Virus record (IMG/VR): IMGVR_UViG_3300002835_000027
Coordinates: 1 to 64,000 of that record
Strand: one strand, 5' to 3'
From: a virus
Lineage: Duplodnaviria; Caudoviricetes
Length of the DNA stretch: 64,000 bases
A program made the position numbers and the translations under genes. The notes beneath the pieces were generated by a model. The model did not search any database and was not told where the DNA came from. It saw only the letters and a list, made by a program, of their open reading frames with translations. Below, piece after piece: positions 1 to 10,438 of the stretch (position 1 is its first letter; each line of letters begins with the position of its first letter).

Positions 1-270
1 GTCGAAAGAACGGAGCAAGAATTAATTATGGATCGTATTTCTAGTAAATGGATATTACAATGGGCTTTAGGTGAAGCTTGTGTAATGTTAGCTAATATCA
101 GAGGTAAATATGGTTCAGTTCCTGGGGCTGGTGGATCAGTTAGTTTAAATTCTAGTGATTTACAAGCTAGAGCGGATGAGATGTTTGATAAATGCAGAAT
201 GGAAATCAATACTTACCTCGCTAGTGAACCAGAAAAATTTGGTATGGAAAGTACTATGGTATTGGGGTAA
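1..270 (+). CDS. Neck protein, T4 gp13-like (C-terminal part; begins upstream of window)
   Basis: Frame is open from base 1; motif W..QWALG..C.ML..IRGKYG.VPG.GG.VSLN..DL...A resembles the gp13 C-terminus; followed by gp14/gp15-like genes. Confidence 0.75.
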   Translation, partial: VERTEQELIMDRISSKWILQWALGEACVMLANIRGKYGSVPGAGGSVSLNSSDLQARADEMFDKCRMEINTYLASEPEKFGMESTMVLG

Positions 271-273
271 TAT

Positions 274-1788
274 ATGGCTACTTATAATCCGAATAGAATC
301 ATCCCGCCAATGATTCAGCAGAATGGTTCATTTCAATTATTTAATGAACCATTATCCGATAAGTTAATGAATGAATATGTAACCGAAGGTCTTATGATCG
401 GTGGTACTAATGTCCTCATTTATAAATTATTAGGTATACATGAACAAAAAGATTTATTACCGTTAGATGGAACTGTAATTGCTAACGGTGAATACCCCGA
501 ATTTCCGGCTAGTAATGTTTTTCAAGATGATCCTTGCGAATGGCGTTCTATTAAAAAATGCGGTAAGCGAGATCCAAATACTTATATTGGTTATGATTTT
601 GGGCCGATAAAAATTAAAGATACAGATATTAATAAGTATGCGATTCATACTGAAGTAAAATATCATGTTACTTCAGTTTATATACAGCAAGGCGAATTAC
701 CTAAAAATCGTATAATTAAAGCTCGAGTTGAAAATTCAGAAAATGGTATTAATTGGAAAGGTATTGCTCTTTTAACTATACCAAATGATGCTGATGCTCA
801 TTGGTTAGATATTAAACAAAGTTATCCTGCTAGATTTTGGCGTATAGTTCCTATCCAATATGTGGGAACTGAAGATGATTTATGGATTATCAAAAAATTA
901 TCATTCTCCGAATATACGAAAACTCATATAAGCAATATCCAAGATGATATGGCTTTCTTAGAAAATAGAGATAGAAGTTATTCAATTGATCCTATAGTTA
1001 TCAAAGCATTTTATAATCAAGTTGATGTAATGACAGAATTTAGTGCGATGGGTTTAAATTTAAATAACCAATATAATTTTAAAATGGGTTTTAATATGGT
1101 CGTTCAGCGTTTAAAACGACCTATTGTTATTGGTGATATTATTGATGTTTTATGCGAAGTTCAATATGATACAAATTTAACTCCAGTTAAAAAATATTTA
1201 GAGGTTACTGATGTAACTTGGGATAGTGGTGGTTTTACTCCTGGGTGGCAACCAACCTTATATTCTATTACAGCTCAACCAATGATCGCAAGTCAAGAAA
1301 CTATGGACTTAATGGGTGATTTAAATAATGACTTCTTTGATAGTATCGGTGAGTCATTTAATACTACTGCATTAAAATCATCTAAAAAAATTAAAGCGGA
1401 AGCTAATACATTAGTTCCTGAAGTTGGTGGTAGCTTTAATGATGCTAAACAAATCGATGCTGAGACTATTCGCAAAGGTGCTAGATTCGGAGCCAATTAT
1501 AGTTCATCTAATCCATACGAATATTTTCAAGAAGATGCTATGCCACCAAATGGGTTGCCTTATACTGAAGGTGATGATTATCCTAAAAATCCGAAGAATA
1601 AAGATTATCATCGATTAACTTATTCGACTTTAGAAGATCCGATTCCACCTAGATTATATAGATATTCATCAGCAAAACAAAGATGGATCTTTATGGAAGA
1701 AGATAAACGTATGAGATCTAATTCAAAAAAACCAACGATATCAAATTATGAAGATAATGGTGTCGATATTACTAAAATAGGCCGTTAA
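274..1788 (+). CDS. Neck/head-closure protein, gp14-like, with inserted discoidin (F5/8 type C) domain
   Basis: gp14-like segments (EGLMIGG.NVLIYKLLG; IQDD.FLENRDRSY; RPIVIGDII) flank a discoidin-like block (YIGYDFG...VYIQQG...VENSENGINW...ARFWRIVP); synteny between gp13 and gp15. Confidence 0.65.
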   Translation: MATYNPNRIIPPMIQQNGSFQLFNEPLSDKLMNEYVTEGLMIGGTNVLIYKLLGIHEQKDLLPLDGTVIANGEYPEFPASNVFQDDPCEWRSIKKCGKRDPNTYIGYDFGPIKIKDTDINKYAIHTEVKYHVTSVYIQQGELPKNRIIKARVENSENGINWKGIALLTIPNDADAHWLDIKQSYPARFWRIVPIQYVGTEDDLWIIKKLSFSEYTKTHISNIQDDMAFLENRDRSYSIDPIVIKAFYNQVDVMTEFSAMGLNLNNQYNFKMGFNMVVQRLKRPIVIGDIIDVLCEVQYDTNLTPVKKYLEVTDVTWDSGGFTPGWQPTLYSITAQPMIASQETMDLMGDLNNDFFDSIGESFNTTALKSSKKIKAEANTLVPEVGGSFNDAKQIDAETIRKGARFGANYSSSNPYEYFQEDAMPPNGLPYTEGDDYPKNPKNKDYHRLTYSTLEDPIPPRLYRYSSAKQRWIFMEEDKRMRSNSKKPTISNYEDNGVDITKIGR

Positions 1789-1789
1789 A

Positions 1790-2536
1790 ATGAATTATTA
1801 TTATAATAATCAGATTAAAAAACATATAGTCCAATTTATGGAAATCTTTAGGGGGTTTGAAGTAAAGACTGGTCGAACTAAAGATGGAACTATCAAATCT
1901 ATCGATGTTCCTGTTATGTATGGTAGTATGGATAGAGTTTCTGCTGCTATTGCCTCAGGTAATACTCAAAATCAACCATTAAGATTACCCGTAGTATCAG
2001 CTTATCTTAGAGATATTACTATGGCATCAGATCGATTTAAAGGTGTCGATACTATAAAAACAATGTCGTATACTCCAGTTGGCGGTGTTTTTCCCGAAGA
2101 TACTAAAACGATTAGTCAAGTTATGCCTACTCCATTTAAATTATCAATGGAGTTAAAAATATATAGTAGTAATTTGGATTCCCAATTACAAATATTAGAG
2201 CAAGTTTTAATTTTATTTAATCCCAGTTTGCAAATTCAAACTTCAGATGCATTATTCGATGGCGGCAAAATTACCACAGTTGAATTAACTAGTATTAGCA
2301 ATGAAGAAAACTTCCCAGTAATGGGTGAACGCAGAACTATTATTCATACTTTAAATTTTGAATTTATAGTTTATTTGTCTGCGCCGGCTGAAATTAAAAA
2401 CGATAGAATTAGAACTATTAAGTTACGAATAGCTAGTGTAAATGATACTATGGATTTTGATAATATTGTTTTAGATGATAGGTTAGATCCGAATAAAAGT
2501 GCGTTTGATTTATCGGTTTTAGATACCTTGGCATAA
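1790..2536 (+). CDS. Tail sheath stabiliser / tail terminator, gp15-like
   Basis: YYYNNQIKKHIVQF..IF, VPVMYG, LPVVS, PTPF.LSMEL.I, QILEQVL.LFNP motifs typical of gp15. Confidence 0.85.
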   Translation: MNYYYNNQIKKHIVQFMEIFRGFEVKTGRTKDGTIKSIDVPVMYGSMDRVSAAIASGNTQNQPLRLPVVSAYLRDITMASDRFKGVDTIKTMSYTPVGGVFPEDTKTISQVMPTPFKLSMELKIYSSNLDSQLQILEQVLILFNPSLQIQTSDALFDGGKITTVELTSISNEENFPVMGERRTIIHTLNFEFIVYLSAPAEIKNDRIRTIKLRIASVNDTMDFDNIVLDDRLDPNKSAFDLSVLDTLA

Positions 2537-2593
2537 TTGGGGTATATGCCGATTTAAATTAAATCAATATCATTACATAAATTTATTATTTAA

Positions 2594-2647
2594 GCCGTTT
2601 TATACGGCAAAAGAAAAGCCGTAATCATAACAATTACGGCTTTTTCT
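2594..2647. terminator. Bidirectional intrinsic terminator (two hairpins) between convergent gp15 and sheath genes
   Basis: AAAAGCCGTAAT (2614-2625) pairs with ATTACGGCTTTT (2633-2644), with A and T runs on either side; small GCCGT/ACGGC hairpin at 2594-2608. Confidence 0.8.
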
Positions 2648-2655
2648 ATGTAACT

Positions 2656-5571
2656 TTATGCGGTTACTGAATCGCCGGTTTTTACTAACGTAATTGGTAC
2701 GTAGATAAACTCGATCGCTTTTGTTGGTTTTAATGCAATATGAACATATAATTCATTACGATCAATCGTGTCTGCTGTATTATTGCTAGTATCGCATAAT
2801 ACCGCGAAGTCATACAAACCACGTTTGATTTTAATGTCATGTAAATACGAATTAACCAATGATGTTACGTTTTTACGTGTAATATCATCATTTGGTTCCA
2901 TTAAGAAGCGATATAATGCTTTTCTTACACCACGTCTAATAAACATTATCAAACGCGCAACGTTAATACGATCTAATGCCGAATTAAATCCTAAGTTAAC
3001 GCGAGTTTTTTGACCCCATACCATAACACCATGTTGCAATGAATCATGTATTGGGTTAATATTACATAATGAATATAAACTATCGCGTAAACCTTCATTT
3101 AAACGAACTCGTTTAAACATAGCATCTGGCGTACCTAATAAACCTTCAACGTAACCAACCGCATTTACACCAATTGTTCCTGATACTAAGCCTCTATTTG
3201 GACCAGCTGGTGCCATCCAAACATAACTTGTATTATCACTATTAGTTAATGCAGCTAACGCGATACCAGAGGCGGCACACATTACATCATATCCATCTAA
3301 GTTTGATGCATATCCATGTGGATAATAATAAGCAATCAAACCACGATTATCTGATCTAATATTATTAGATATTGATATAATAGTTGATTGATCAATTGAT
3401 TGGCCCCAACTAATAACATCACGAGGTGTCATATTCATTGGAGTATCAGCTAATACTAATGCTTCGTATTTTACTTGTTCAACTAAACTTAACATTTCGT
3501 CAGCTAATTCTGGGAAACCAGGACATAATACTAAGTTAAATTCATAACCCTCAGATGTAATATCACTACCCATCAAAGGTTCAACTTCCATATTAACACT
3601 TGAGTTATCGCGAATAACTTGAACAAATTTATTTACGACTGCTAATCGACGTGATGCATCATCACTACCAATTAAATTATCCGAACCATTATGAGCTGAT
3701 AATTCTTTTGAGAAGAACCAACTTTGAGTGCGTTCGTATTGTAAACAAACAGTTTTTACTAAATTTCCGAATTGTTCAACAGATATACCATTTACTTTAC
3801 GGTTATTTAATACCATACTAACATCGCCAGTAAATGTAGCTCCAGTTAATAAAGCAACAGTACCAGATGATGTTTTAGATAAAATAGTTAAAACAGTGCT
3901 TCTACCAACATTAGATGCAGTACCCGTATAGATTCCGTCAACTAATGAACCACCGGCATCAACAGTAAATCCATCTGATGCTAAAATATTAACTGATGGT
4001 CTGAAATCAATATCAACTAAACCATTAATCACGATTGGTCTAATAGTAATCGATTTTGAAGCCGAAGCCGAAGATGATGGTAATTCGTTTACTGTGTGAT
4101 TGTTTGGATAATTTTGAACTACAAATTGAGGAATCGAACCAGTTAATCTACCAACAGTATCAACGTAAAGTTCAATATCAACATTCGCTGGAACTTTATT
4201 AGTGATATTAATAATATCTAAATCTAATAATTTCGCTGCGTCTGATACTGCATCTGCACGAATAGCATTAATTTGTGTTGGTGTTAATGATGTAGTGGTT
4301 GAATTACCTATATTTAAAGTGTAACTACCATAAGAAGCAGTTAAATTACATTCACCAGTTGTTAAATTAACTGTTCCTGCAATTGTAGCTCCATGTAGAC
4401 GTAATTTACCTTTAATAACTGAACCAGAACCGTCAGTAAAGAATGTTTGTTGTGCACGACCTGTTATTGGTGGCGTTGCTGCTGGGTTAGCTGCAATAGC
4501 AGGAATAAACACTGAACCATTATTAAATGAATTACGCATTGAACCGATATCGGTTGGGCGAATCATTTCTCTAAGGCGACCAAGAATACCAGTAAAGTGA
4601 GTTGATGCTACTGGTGGTTGGCTAGTTACTGGATCATAAGGTGATGCGTAAACTAAACGAGCGGCGGCACTTAATAAATTTGTTTCTTTAGTAGATTCAG
4701 TGTATTGGTTTGTGCTTAAAATTAATCCGTTTGTGTTTTTATTAGTAGCTACTGGTAGATATTGGGAATAACTATACTGTAAATGTCCATTTGCATCTAA
4801 AGTTGTATTTTCTACGTTATAAAAATTACCACTTAAAATATTAGAAATGTTAAATCTTAGATATGCACTATCTCTATATTTGTCTGCAAAGGTGCTAGTT
4901 GTTTTAGCTAACTCGACCATCGCATTATTAATAATTTTTTCTAATTGTGCATTTTCAGCTTGCATTTCATTCAATTCTTTATAATAAGCGCTATACTTAT
5001 CAATTAAAGCTTGAGATGCATTTGTTGGAATCGGTAAAATATTACCAGCATCATCCAATAAATCAACTGGAATTTGAATAGATCCACCCAATAATTGAGT
5101 ATTTCTATTTGCTGTTCTATAATTTTGAACTGCATTTAAATAAATGGTAGCAGCTAATTTTGCATTAGAAACTACATTAGGTGTTGTTTTTGATTCCCAG
5201 ATATTAGATGCTGTTTCTGTATCATCATCTAAATCGATATCTGCGCGGATAACGTAAGCGCGATTTCCCAATTTTAAAAATTGGTTTAATGCGAACAACC
5301 CATATTCATTTCTGCAATCGCCGTGCAAAGGTTGATCGTAAACATCGCGTTTAAAAATCGGAAATCCGTATGCCTCAATACTTTCACGTAATGAAGTAAT
5401 TAACCGTGGGACGCCAGCTTCGATTGTTCCGTAGGCAACCGAGTTAGTGTTTGGTAAAAGTTTTCCGTATTTGGTGGCGATAAAAAAAAGTGGTACTGTA
5501 GATGCCGTTGATGGTAAGTAAATGGACTCATCACTAACAGTTACTTGTACCCCAGGGTTAAGTAATGCCAT
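2656..5571 (-). CDS. Contractile tail sheath protein (gp18-like), 971 aa
   Basis: N-terminal LLNPGVQVTVSDES; C-terminal WMAPAGPNRG, INPI, VWGQKT, SALDRINVARL, LMEPNDDITR, CDTSNNTADTIDRNEL, KPTKAIEFIYVPI. Confidence 0.95.
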   Translation of the reverse strand: MALLNPGVQVTVSDESIYLPSTASTVPLFFIATKYGKLLPNTNSVAYGTIEAGVPRLITSLRESIEAYGFPIFKRDVYDQPLHGDCRNEYGLFALNQFLKLGNRAYVIRADIDLDDDTETASNIWESKTTPNVVSNAKLAATIYLNAVQNYRTANRNTQLLGGSIQIPVDLLDDAGNILPIPTNASQALIDKYSAYYKELNEMQAENAQLEKIINNAMVELAKTTSTFADKYRDSAYLRFNISNILSGNFYNVENTTLDANGHLQYSYSQYLPVATNKNTNGLILSTNQYTESTKETNLLSAAARLVYASPYDPVTSQPPVASTHFTGILGRLREMIRPTDIGSMRNSFNNGSVFIPAIAANPAATPPITGRAQQTFFTDGSGSVIKGKLRLHGATIAGTVNLTTGECNLTASYGSYTLNIGNSTTTSLTPTQINAIRADAVSDAAKLLDLDIINITNKVPANVDIELYVDTVGRLTGSIPQFVVQNYPNNHTVNELPSSSASASKSITIRPIVINGLVDIDFRPSVNILASDGFTVDAGGSLVDGIYTGTASNVGRSTVLTILSKTSSGTVALLTGATFTGDVSMVLNNRKVNGISVEQFGNLVKTVCLQYERTQSWFFSKELSAHNGSDNLIGSDDASRRLAVVNKFVQVIRDNSSVNMEVEPLMGSDITSEGYEFNLVLCPGFPELADEMLSLVEQVKYEALVLADTPMNMTPRDVISWGQSIDQSTIISISNNIRSDNRGLIAYYYPHGYASNLDGYDVMCAASGIALAALTNSDNTSYVWMAPAGPNRGLVSGTIGVNAVGYVEGLLGTPDAMFKRVRLNEGLRDSLYSLCNINPIHDSLQHGVMVWGQKTRVNLGFNSALDRINVARLIMFIRRGVRKALYRFLMEPNDDITRKNVTSLVNSYLHDIKIKRGLYDFAVLCDTSNNTADTIDRNELYVHIALKPTKAIEFIYVPITLVKTGDSVTA

Positions 5572-5602
5572 GTTTTAACTCCCAAAATATGTAATTTAGT
5601 AT

Positions 5603-5635
5603 TTTGATATTTATTAGTAGGACATAAATATCAAA
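5603..5635. promoter_or_regulatory. Back-to-back late promoters (ATAAATA) for sheath (-) and tube (+)
   Basis: 12-bp inverted repeat TTTGATATTTAT (5603-5614) / ATAAATATCAAA (5624-5635); each arm contains the T4 late-promoter-like core ATAAATA 35-40 nt before a start codon. Confidence 0.7.
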
Positions 5636-5664
5636 TATGTATACAGCACACTTAGGAGTCATAA

Positions 5665-6342
5665 ATGGCAACAATTATGGATATCGGTATTGATCCTACC
5701 AATATTGGTATGTATCAGCCGAAGCTTAAAAATAGATGGAAAGCGGTGTTTTTAAATCTAGGTGGTCCTAGAAGCACTGCTATTGGGTATGAGTCGATTT
5801 TATCTAATGCATTAGAAATGTTATCGTCTGAACCCAATGCAATTACAATGCAATGTACTAATTTTCAAAGACCGTCATTGCAGTTCCAAGAAGTAGAATT
5901 ACACAGATATAACTCAGTTGCATATGTGGGTTCAAAACATTCATGGAATGAATGTACTATGACGTTAGAAGATGACGTTACCAGTAAAGCAGCTAGAAAA
6001 TTACGCGAACAATTAGAACGTCAACAATATTTAATTGGTGATTCAGGCCAAATGAATATTTTAGGTGCTGGTTTAGGAACTGCTAATTTATTAGGCACTG
6101 CAGCAACTGCATCTGAATATAAATTCGCATGTACTGTTGCGATGTTAGATGGTGGTGTTAATGAATTAGAAAGATGGCATTTGCAAGGTTGCTGGTTTAA
6201 ATCAGTTAACTGGGGTGATTTGGCTTATTCTGACGGTGAAAAAGTAACTATTGAAGTTACTATGCGTTTTGATCATGCAGTTCAAAGATTCCCAAATGTC
6301 GAATATGGTCATGCTTTGGGTGGTGCAGGAAATACCGAATAA
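5665..6342 (+). CDS. Tail tube protein (gp19-like)
   Basis: QPKLKNRW, RPSLQFQEVELHRYNS, GSKHSW...TMTLEDD, ERWHLQGCW, WGDLAYS, IEVTMRFDHA; GGAG RBS. Confidence 0.88.
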   Translation: MATIMDIGIDPTNIGMYQPKLKNRWKAVFLNLGGPRSTAIGYESILSNALEMLSSEPNAITMQCTNFQRPSLQFQEVELHRYNSVAYVGSKHSWNECTMTLEDDVTSKAARKLREQLERQQYLIGDSGQMNILGAGLGTANLLGTAATASEYKFACTVAMLDGGVNELERWHLQGCWFKSVNWGDLAYSDGEKVTIEVTMRFDHAVQRFPNVEYGHALGGAGNTE

Positions 6343-6344
6343 TT

Positions 6345-7892
6345 ATGAGCGCATATAACGTATTTAATTCTTTTATTCAAGGGGCTATCGTTGGTGTAAC
6401 TAATGCTGCGATTGGTAAAGTTATACATCGTAGTATACCCCGAGATGGTCAAAATTTATTAGCCGCTCTTGGTGTTAGACGTCCTTTATTAGGGGTTAAA
6501 GACCCAGTTGCTAATACTTTGATAACAGCAGGATTAAATTCGGCGATTCATATTATCGGTGCGATCAATTCAGGTTACCTTAATTCTAATAATTATGGTA
6601 ATTATAATAGTTATAGTAGTAACGGAATTATGGGGCGCAACTTATCGTCGCAAAGCGGGTTATTAGCGTCCCATATTAACGGTTTAACTGATATGCAGGC
6701 TGGATTATTGGATAGATGGGAATATTTAACTCCCGGTTTATTCGATAGTTCAATCTCGCAACTTATTTTAAATGAAAGAGCTACCGGGACTATCGCTAAT
6801 GCAGATGGTATTCCTAGTTTAACGAGAAGTCCATATGAAGAACATAATAATATCAGTACACTTACTGGTGATGATTATTATGCATTCGATATAGTTAATT
6901 TTTATCCTAAAGCGAAATATACTTACTTAGTTCATTTTACTTTTTATCAAGAATACCAACCATCATTAGAAGATTCGTTTACTTTTTTAATTAAAAAATT
7001 CGATAAACCAAAAATAACAATTAACCACGAAGAAGTTAATTTTTATAATTTTAAATCGCATATACCTAAAAATATTACATACTCTCCAGTATCTTTAGAT
7101 ATACATGATGATATTAGAAATGAATCATTAAACTTTTTGGTTTCTTACTTGCGAAGAGTAAGCCCAATATTTAATCATGAGAGTTCTAAATTATTTGAAA
7201 CTAATGGTTTAGATTTTTCAAAGTCAACAGCATCGTATTCATTAGTAACTCAACAAAATAATGTTAATATTATAGAAAGTATTAAAGTTTATCATCTATA
7301 TAATGCTAATAGAACTATGGATATCCACGTTTTCAATAATCCTAAAATTCAAGAAATTAATTTAGGTGATTTTGATATGGCTGATGGTACTAATGGTAGC
7401 AATATCGTATTAGAATTTGTTTATGATAATTATTTCTTAAATACGGGAATTGCACCAGAAGTACCAACTAATGTAATATCAGTTTCAGAATTAGCACCAA
7501 ATCCACGGACCGAAGTTCTAACATCGAAAGGTGCTGAATTAACTGATGATTTAACTAACTTATTGAATGATGCGGGAGATCCATCATCTAAAACTAATGA
7601 TGATCCGGCTACTTTATCTAAAGCTAAAAATGGTGATTCCATTATTAATCCTATACCGAGTAAATTACCTGAACAAATTAATTTAGGTTTAGAAAATCCT
7701 AAATTTGCTAATTCATTACAATTAAATCAAATAAGTCAAGATACAAAAACTCCTAAACTTAATGTAGCTAGTGCAATTAATTCATTAAATAAAGAACCAT
7801 TAAAAACTCCAAATTCAATTACTGGTTATGATCAAAATACTAGTGCTGGGGCTCAGCGAATAACACCAAACTTCCAATCATACTTAGTTTAA
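6345..7892 (+). CDS. Tube-fold baseplate/tube-initiator protein (gp48/gp54-like)
   Basis: Central tube-like segment KFDKPKITINHEEVNFYN...ITYSPVSLDIHDD...NPKIQEINLGDFD...LEFVYD; directly follows the tube gene. Confidence 0.55.
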   Translation: MSAYNVFNSFIQGAIVGVTNAAIGKVIHRSIPRDGQNLLAALGVRRPLLGVKDPVANTLITAGLNSAIHIIGAINSGYLNSNNYGNYNSYSSNGIMGRNLSSQSGLLASHINGLTDMQAGLLDRWEYLTPGLFDSSISQLILNERATGTIANADGIPSLTRSPYEEHNNISTLTGDDYYAFDIVNFYPKAKYTYLVHFTFYQEYQPSLEDSFTFLIKKFDKPKITINHEEVNFYNFKSHIPKNITYSPVSLDIHDDIRNESLNFLVSYLRRVSPIFNHESSKLFETNGLDFSKSTASYSLVTQQNNVNIIESIKVYHLYNANRTMDIHVFNNPKIQEINLGDFDMADGTNGSNIVLEFVYDNYFLNTGIAPEVPTNVISVSELAPNPRTEVLTSKGAELTDDLTNLLNDAGDPSSKTNDDPATLSKAKNGDSIINPIPSKLPEQINLGLENPKFANSLQLNQISQDTKTPKLNVASAINSLNKEPLKTPNSITGYDQNTSAGAQRITPNFQSYLV

Positions 7893-7894
7893 TT

Positions 7895-8332
7895 ATGGCA
7901 AGGTTTACTCAGGGTTTATATACGCCGAATAATCCCGAAAAATATATAGGTGATATTGAAAAAATTAGATTTATGTCTTCTTGGGAATTATCTATGCATA
8001 AATTTTTAGATAATAATACCAAAATAGTAAGATGGAGTTCGGAAACTATCGCTATTAAATATATTAAACCAACCGATCAAAAAATTCATAGATATTTTCC
8101 AGATTATTACGTTGAATATATTAATACTCAAAATCAATTAAAAAGATGTATTATCGAAGTTAAACCCCACGCACAAACTAAAGTATCCAGAGCTAAAAAA
8201 CCAAAAAATAAGTTATACGAAGATATTCAATATGCCGTAAATCAAGCAAAATGGCATGCATGCAAACATTTTTGCGATATGAATAACATCGAATTTAAGA
8301 TTATTACCGAAAAACAAATGTTTCGAGTCTAA
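7895..8332 (+). CDS. Head completion nuclease (T4 gp4-like, TnsA-type PD-(D/E)XK fold)
   Basis: QGLYTPNNPEKYIGD, SSWE, WSSE, HRYFPDY, IEVKP, NQAKW, FKIITE. Confidence 0.92.
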   Translation: MARFTQGLYTPNNPEKYIGDIEKIRFMSSWELSMHKFLDNNTKIVRWSSETIAIKYIKPTDQKIHRYFPDYYVEYINTQNQLKRCIIEVKPHAQTKVSRAKKPKNKLYEDIQYAVNQAKWHACKHFCDMNNIEFKIITEKQMFRV

Positions 8333-8439
8333 TCAACGAGTTATCCCAAAATAAAATCAAAATTATACAATAATATAATATATAACCCTTTAATTTTGAC
8401 GTATTTCATGTCCTTTTATATACGCCTAAAATATAGGTA

Positions 8440-8447
8440 TATAAATA
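8440..8447 (+). promoter_or_regulatory. Late promoter TATAAATA upstream of terminase genes
   Basis: Exact T4 late consensus 16 nt before the ATG at 8463. Confidence 0.6.
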
Positions 8448-8462
8448 TTTTTTATTTAAGAC

Positions 8463-8876
8463 ATGGACAATTTAATAGAACACCCATTTGAAGACTTATT
8501 CGATATAGAATCTGGAACTACTGTATTGCCTGAATTAGTAGAAGAAGAAGTAAAATTAACTAATTTTGATCTATTCGACGATAAAGATATTGAAATAGAG
8601 CAGCAATACGAAACAATTTACAATGCGGCTTTTGCTGCATTTACTAATCAATGTATGGCTGTAGAACGAGGCGCTGATCCAGGGCATACCCCTAGAAATA
8701 TGGAAGTTGCTAATCAATTTTTAACTACTGCATTAAATGCAGTTAAAGAAAAAGCTGACTTAAAACATAAGAAAGAAAAAAATAGAGTCGTTAGTTCTAA
8801 AAATATAACTAATAATAATTTAATCATGGATAGAAAGGATATCTTAGATATGATTCAAAATGGAACACTAAAATGA
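8463..8876 (+). CDS. terS: Terminase small subunit (probable)
   Basis: Helical 137-aa protein with EVANQFLTTALNA and C-terminal TNNNLIMDR.DIL; ATGA overlap with the large subunit. Confidence 0.65.
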   Translation: MDNLIEHPFEDLFDIESGTTVLPELVEEEVKLTNFDLFDDKDIEIEQQYETIYNAAFAAFTNQCMAVERGADPGHTPRNMEVANQFLTTALNAVKEKADLKHKKEKNRVVSSKNITNNNLIMDRKDILDMIQNGTLK

Positions 8877-10438
8877 GAAGAACCCAGCTTAAAATGCCGG
8901 GTGAGTTAAGTGAATATTCTGCGGAATCGGTTCAAAATTTAATTCAATGCGCAACGGACCCAATATTTTTCATATTAAATTTTTGTAAAATTACCCACCC
9001 GGCAAGAGGTATCGTTCCTTTTGAATTATATGAGTTCCAGCGAGAGATGGTGGAGTCATTCGCTTTTAATCATAATACTATTGTTTGTGCTAGTCGACAA
9101 GTAGGTAAATCACAAACATCATGTGCGTTCCTTTTATGGTATGCTATCTTTCATAAAAACAAAGAAATATTAATTGTATCTAATAAAGCAAAGAATGCTA
9201 AAGATATGGTTAATCGTATTGTGTTTATGTATGAAAATTTACCCAATTGGATAAAACCAGCTATTAATCCAACAAATTGGAATAAATTAGAAATTTCATT
9301 TGAAAATGGTAGTAGAATAGTATCAGAAAGTACGACTACGAATAGTGGTCGTGGTATGTCTATATCATTATTATTTTGTGATGAATTTGCTTTCATAAAT
9401 CCAACTATAGCAGAAGAATTTTGGACTAGTATACGCCCCACATTATCAACTGGCGGTAAATCGATTATAGCTAGTACACCAAATGGCGATGATAATTTAT
9501 ATGCCGAATTATGGCGCGGTGCGTCAGCTGGAACTAACGCATTTAATGCATTATTTGTTCCTTGGGATTCAGTTCCCGGTAGAGATGACGAATTTAGAAA
9601 AAAAGAAATCGCGATTATCGGACCTGAAAAATTTGCCCAGGAATATGAATGTGAGTTTATTTCAAATGATCCATTACTATTTAGTTCTAGATACGTAATT
9701 ACATATAAAACCGATCCATTACCAGAACCTGATGCTAGAGGTGTTGTTTGGTTCGATACTATAGACAGTAATAAAACTTATTTAATCGCCGTAGATCCAG
9801 CAACCGGTAGCGGTAGTGATTATACAGTCATTGTTTTATATAACTTCCCAGATCTACAGCAAATTGCCGAGTTTAGAAGCAATGTAATGTCATCACCCCT
9901 TGCTTATAATATTATTAAGTATATGCTTAAATTATTACAATCAAAAGGAGTTGAAAATGTTTACTGGAGCTTAGAAAATAATGGCGTAGGTGAAGGGATG
10001 TTAAGTCTACAATCAATTGATGAAAATCCAGTCGAAATCGGCGAATTACTTTCAGATAAAGGAAAACGGAGATTAGGATTTAATACCGGTAAAAATAAAC
10101 TTACTTTATGTATCACTTTTAAACAGATGTTCGAATCCGGTCGCATTAAAATCAAATCTAAAAATACAATAAACGAGATGAAAAACTTTGTTCGTAAAAA
10201 TGGATCATATTCCGCTAGGTCTGGGTCTACTGATGATACAATATCAGCTCATCTTATATTAATGCGCATGTTAGATGAATTAGTTCGATATGAAGATGAT
10301 GCATATGCACTAATGTATGAATCCGACTTCATCAATGAATTTAATGATGATACAAATTATATCGAACCTACACCAATAGTAACTAGTTCCGGTGATAGTG
10401 AAATGGACGTTTGGAGTTGGTACGAAAATCATCGATAA
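8873..10438 (+). CDS. terL: Terminase large subunit (gp17-like)
   Basis: Walker A SRQVGKS, Walker B LLFCDEFAF, STPNG, FAQEYECEF, nuclease VDPATG...SDY and TDD; uninterrupted. Confidence 0.97.
   Translation: MRRTQLKMPGELSEYSAESVQNLIQCATDPIFFILNFCKITHPARGIVPFELYEFQREMVESFAFNHNTIVCASRQVGKSQTSCAFLLWYAIFHKNKEILIVSNKAKNAKDMVNRIVFMYENLPNWIKPAINPTNWNKLEISFENGSRIVSESTTTNSGRGMSISLLFCDEFAFINPTIAEEFWTSIRPTLSTGGKSIIASTPNGDDNLYAELWRGASAGTNAFNALFVPWDSVPGRDDEFRKKEIAIIGPEKFAQEYECEFISNDPLLFSSRYVITYKTDPLPEPDARGVVWFDTIDSNKTYLIAVDPATGSGSDYTVIVLYNFPDLQQIAEFRSNVMSSPLAYNIIKYMLKLLQSKGVENVYWSLENNGVGEGMLSLQSIDENPVEIGELLSDKGKRRLGFNTGKNKLTLCITFKQMFESGRIKIKSKNTINEMKNFVRKNGSYSARSGSTDDTISAHLILMRMLDELVRYEDDAYALMYESDFINEFNDDTNYIEPTPIVTSSGDSEMDVWSWYENHR

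Noticed and set aside
7895-8332. Tn7 TnsA transposon gene
   Set aside because: Motifs and position match the gp4 head-completion nuclease; no other Tns genes or transposon ends.
463-9698. Short ORF-track entries 463-666, 1293-1496, 1424-1618, 2768-3013, 3728-3931, 7430-7642, 9151-9441, 9483-9698
   Set aside because: They lie inside well-supported genes in another frame or strand and show no motifs.
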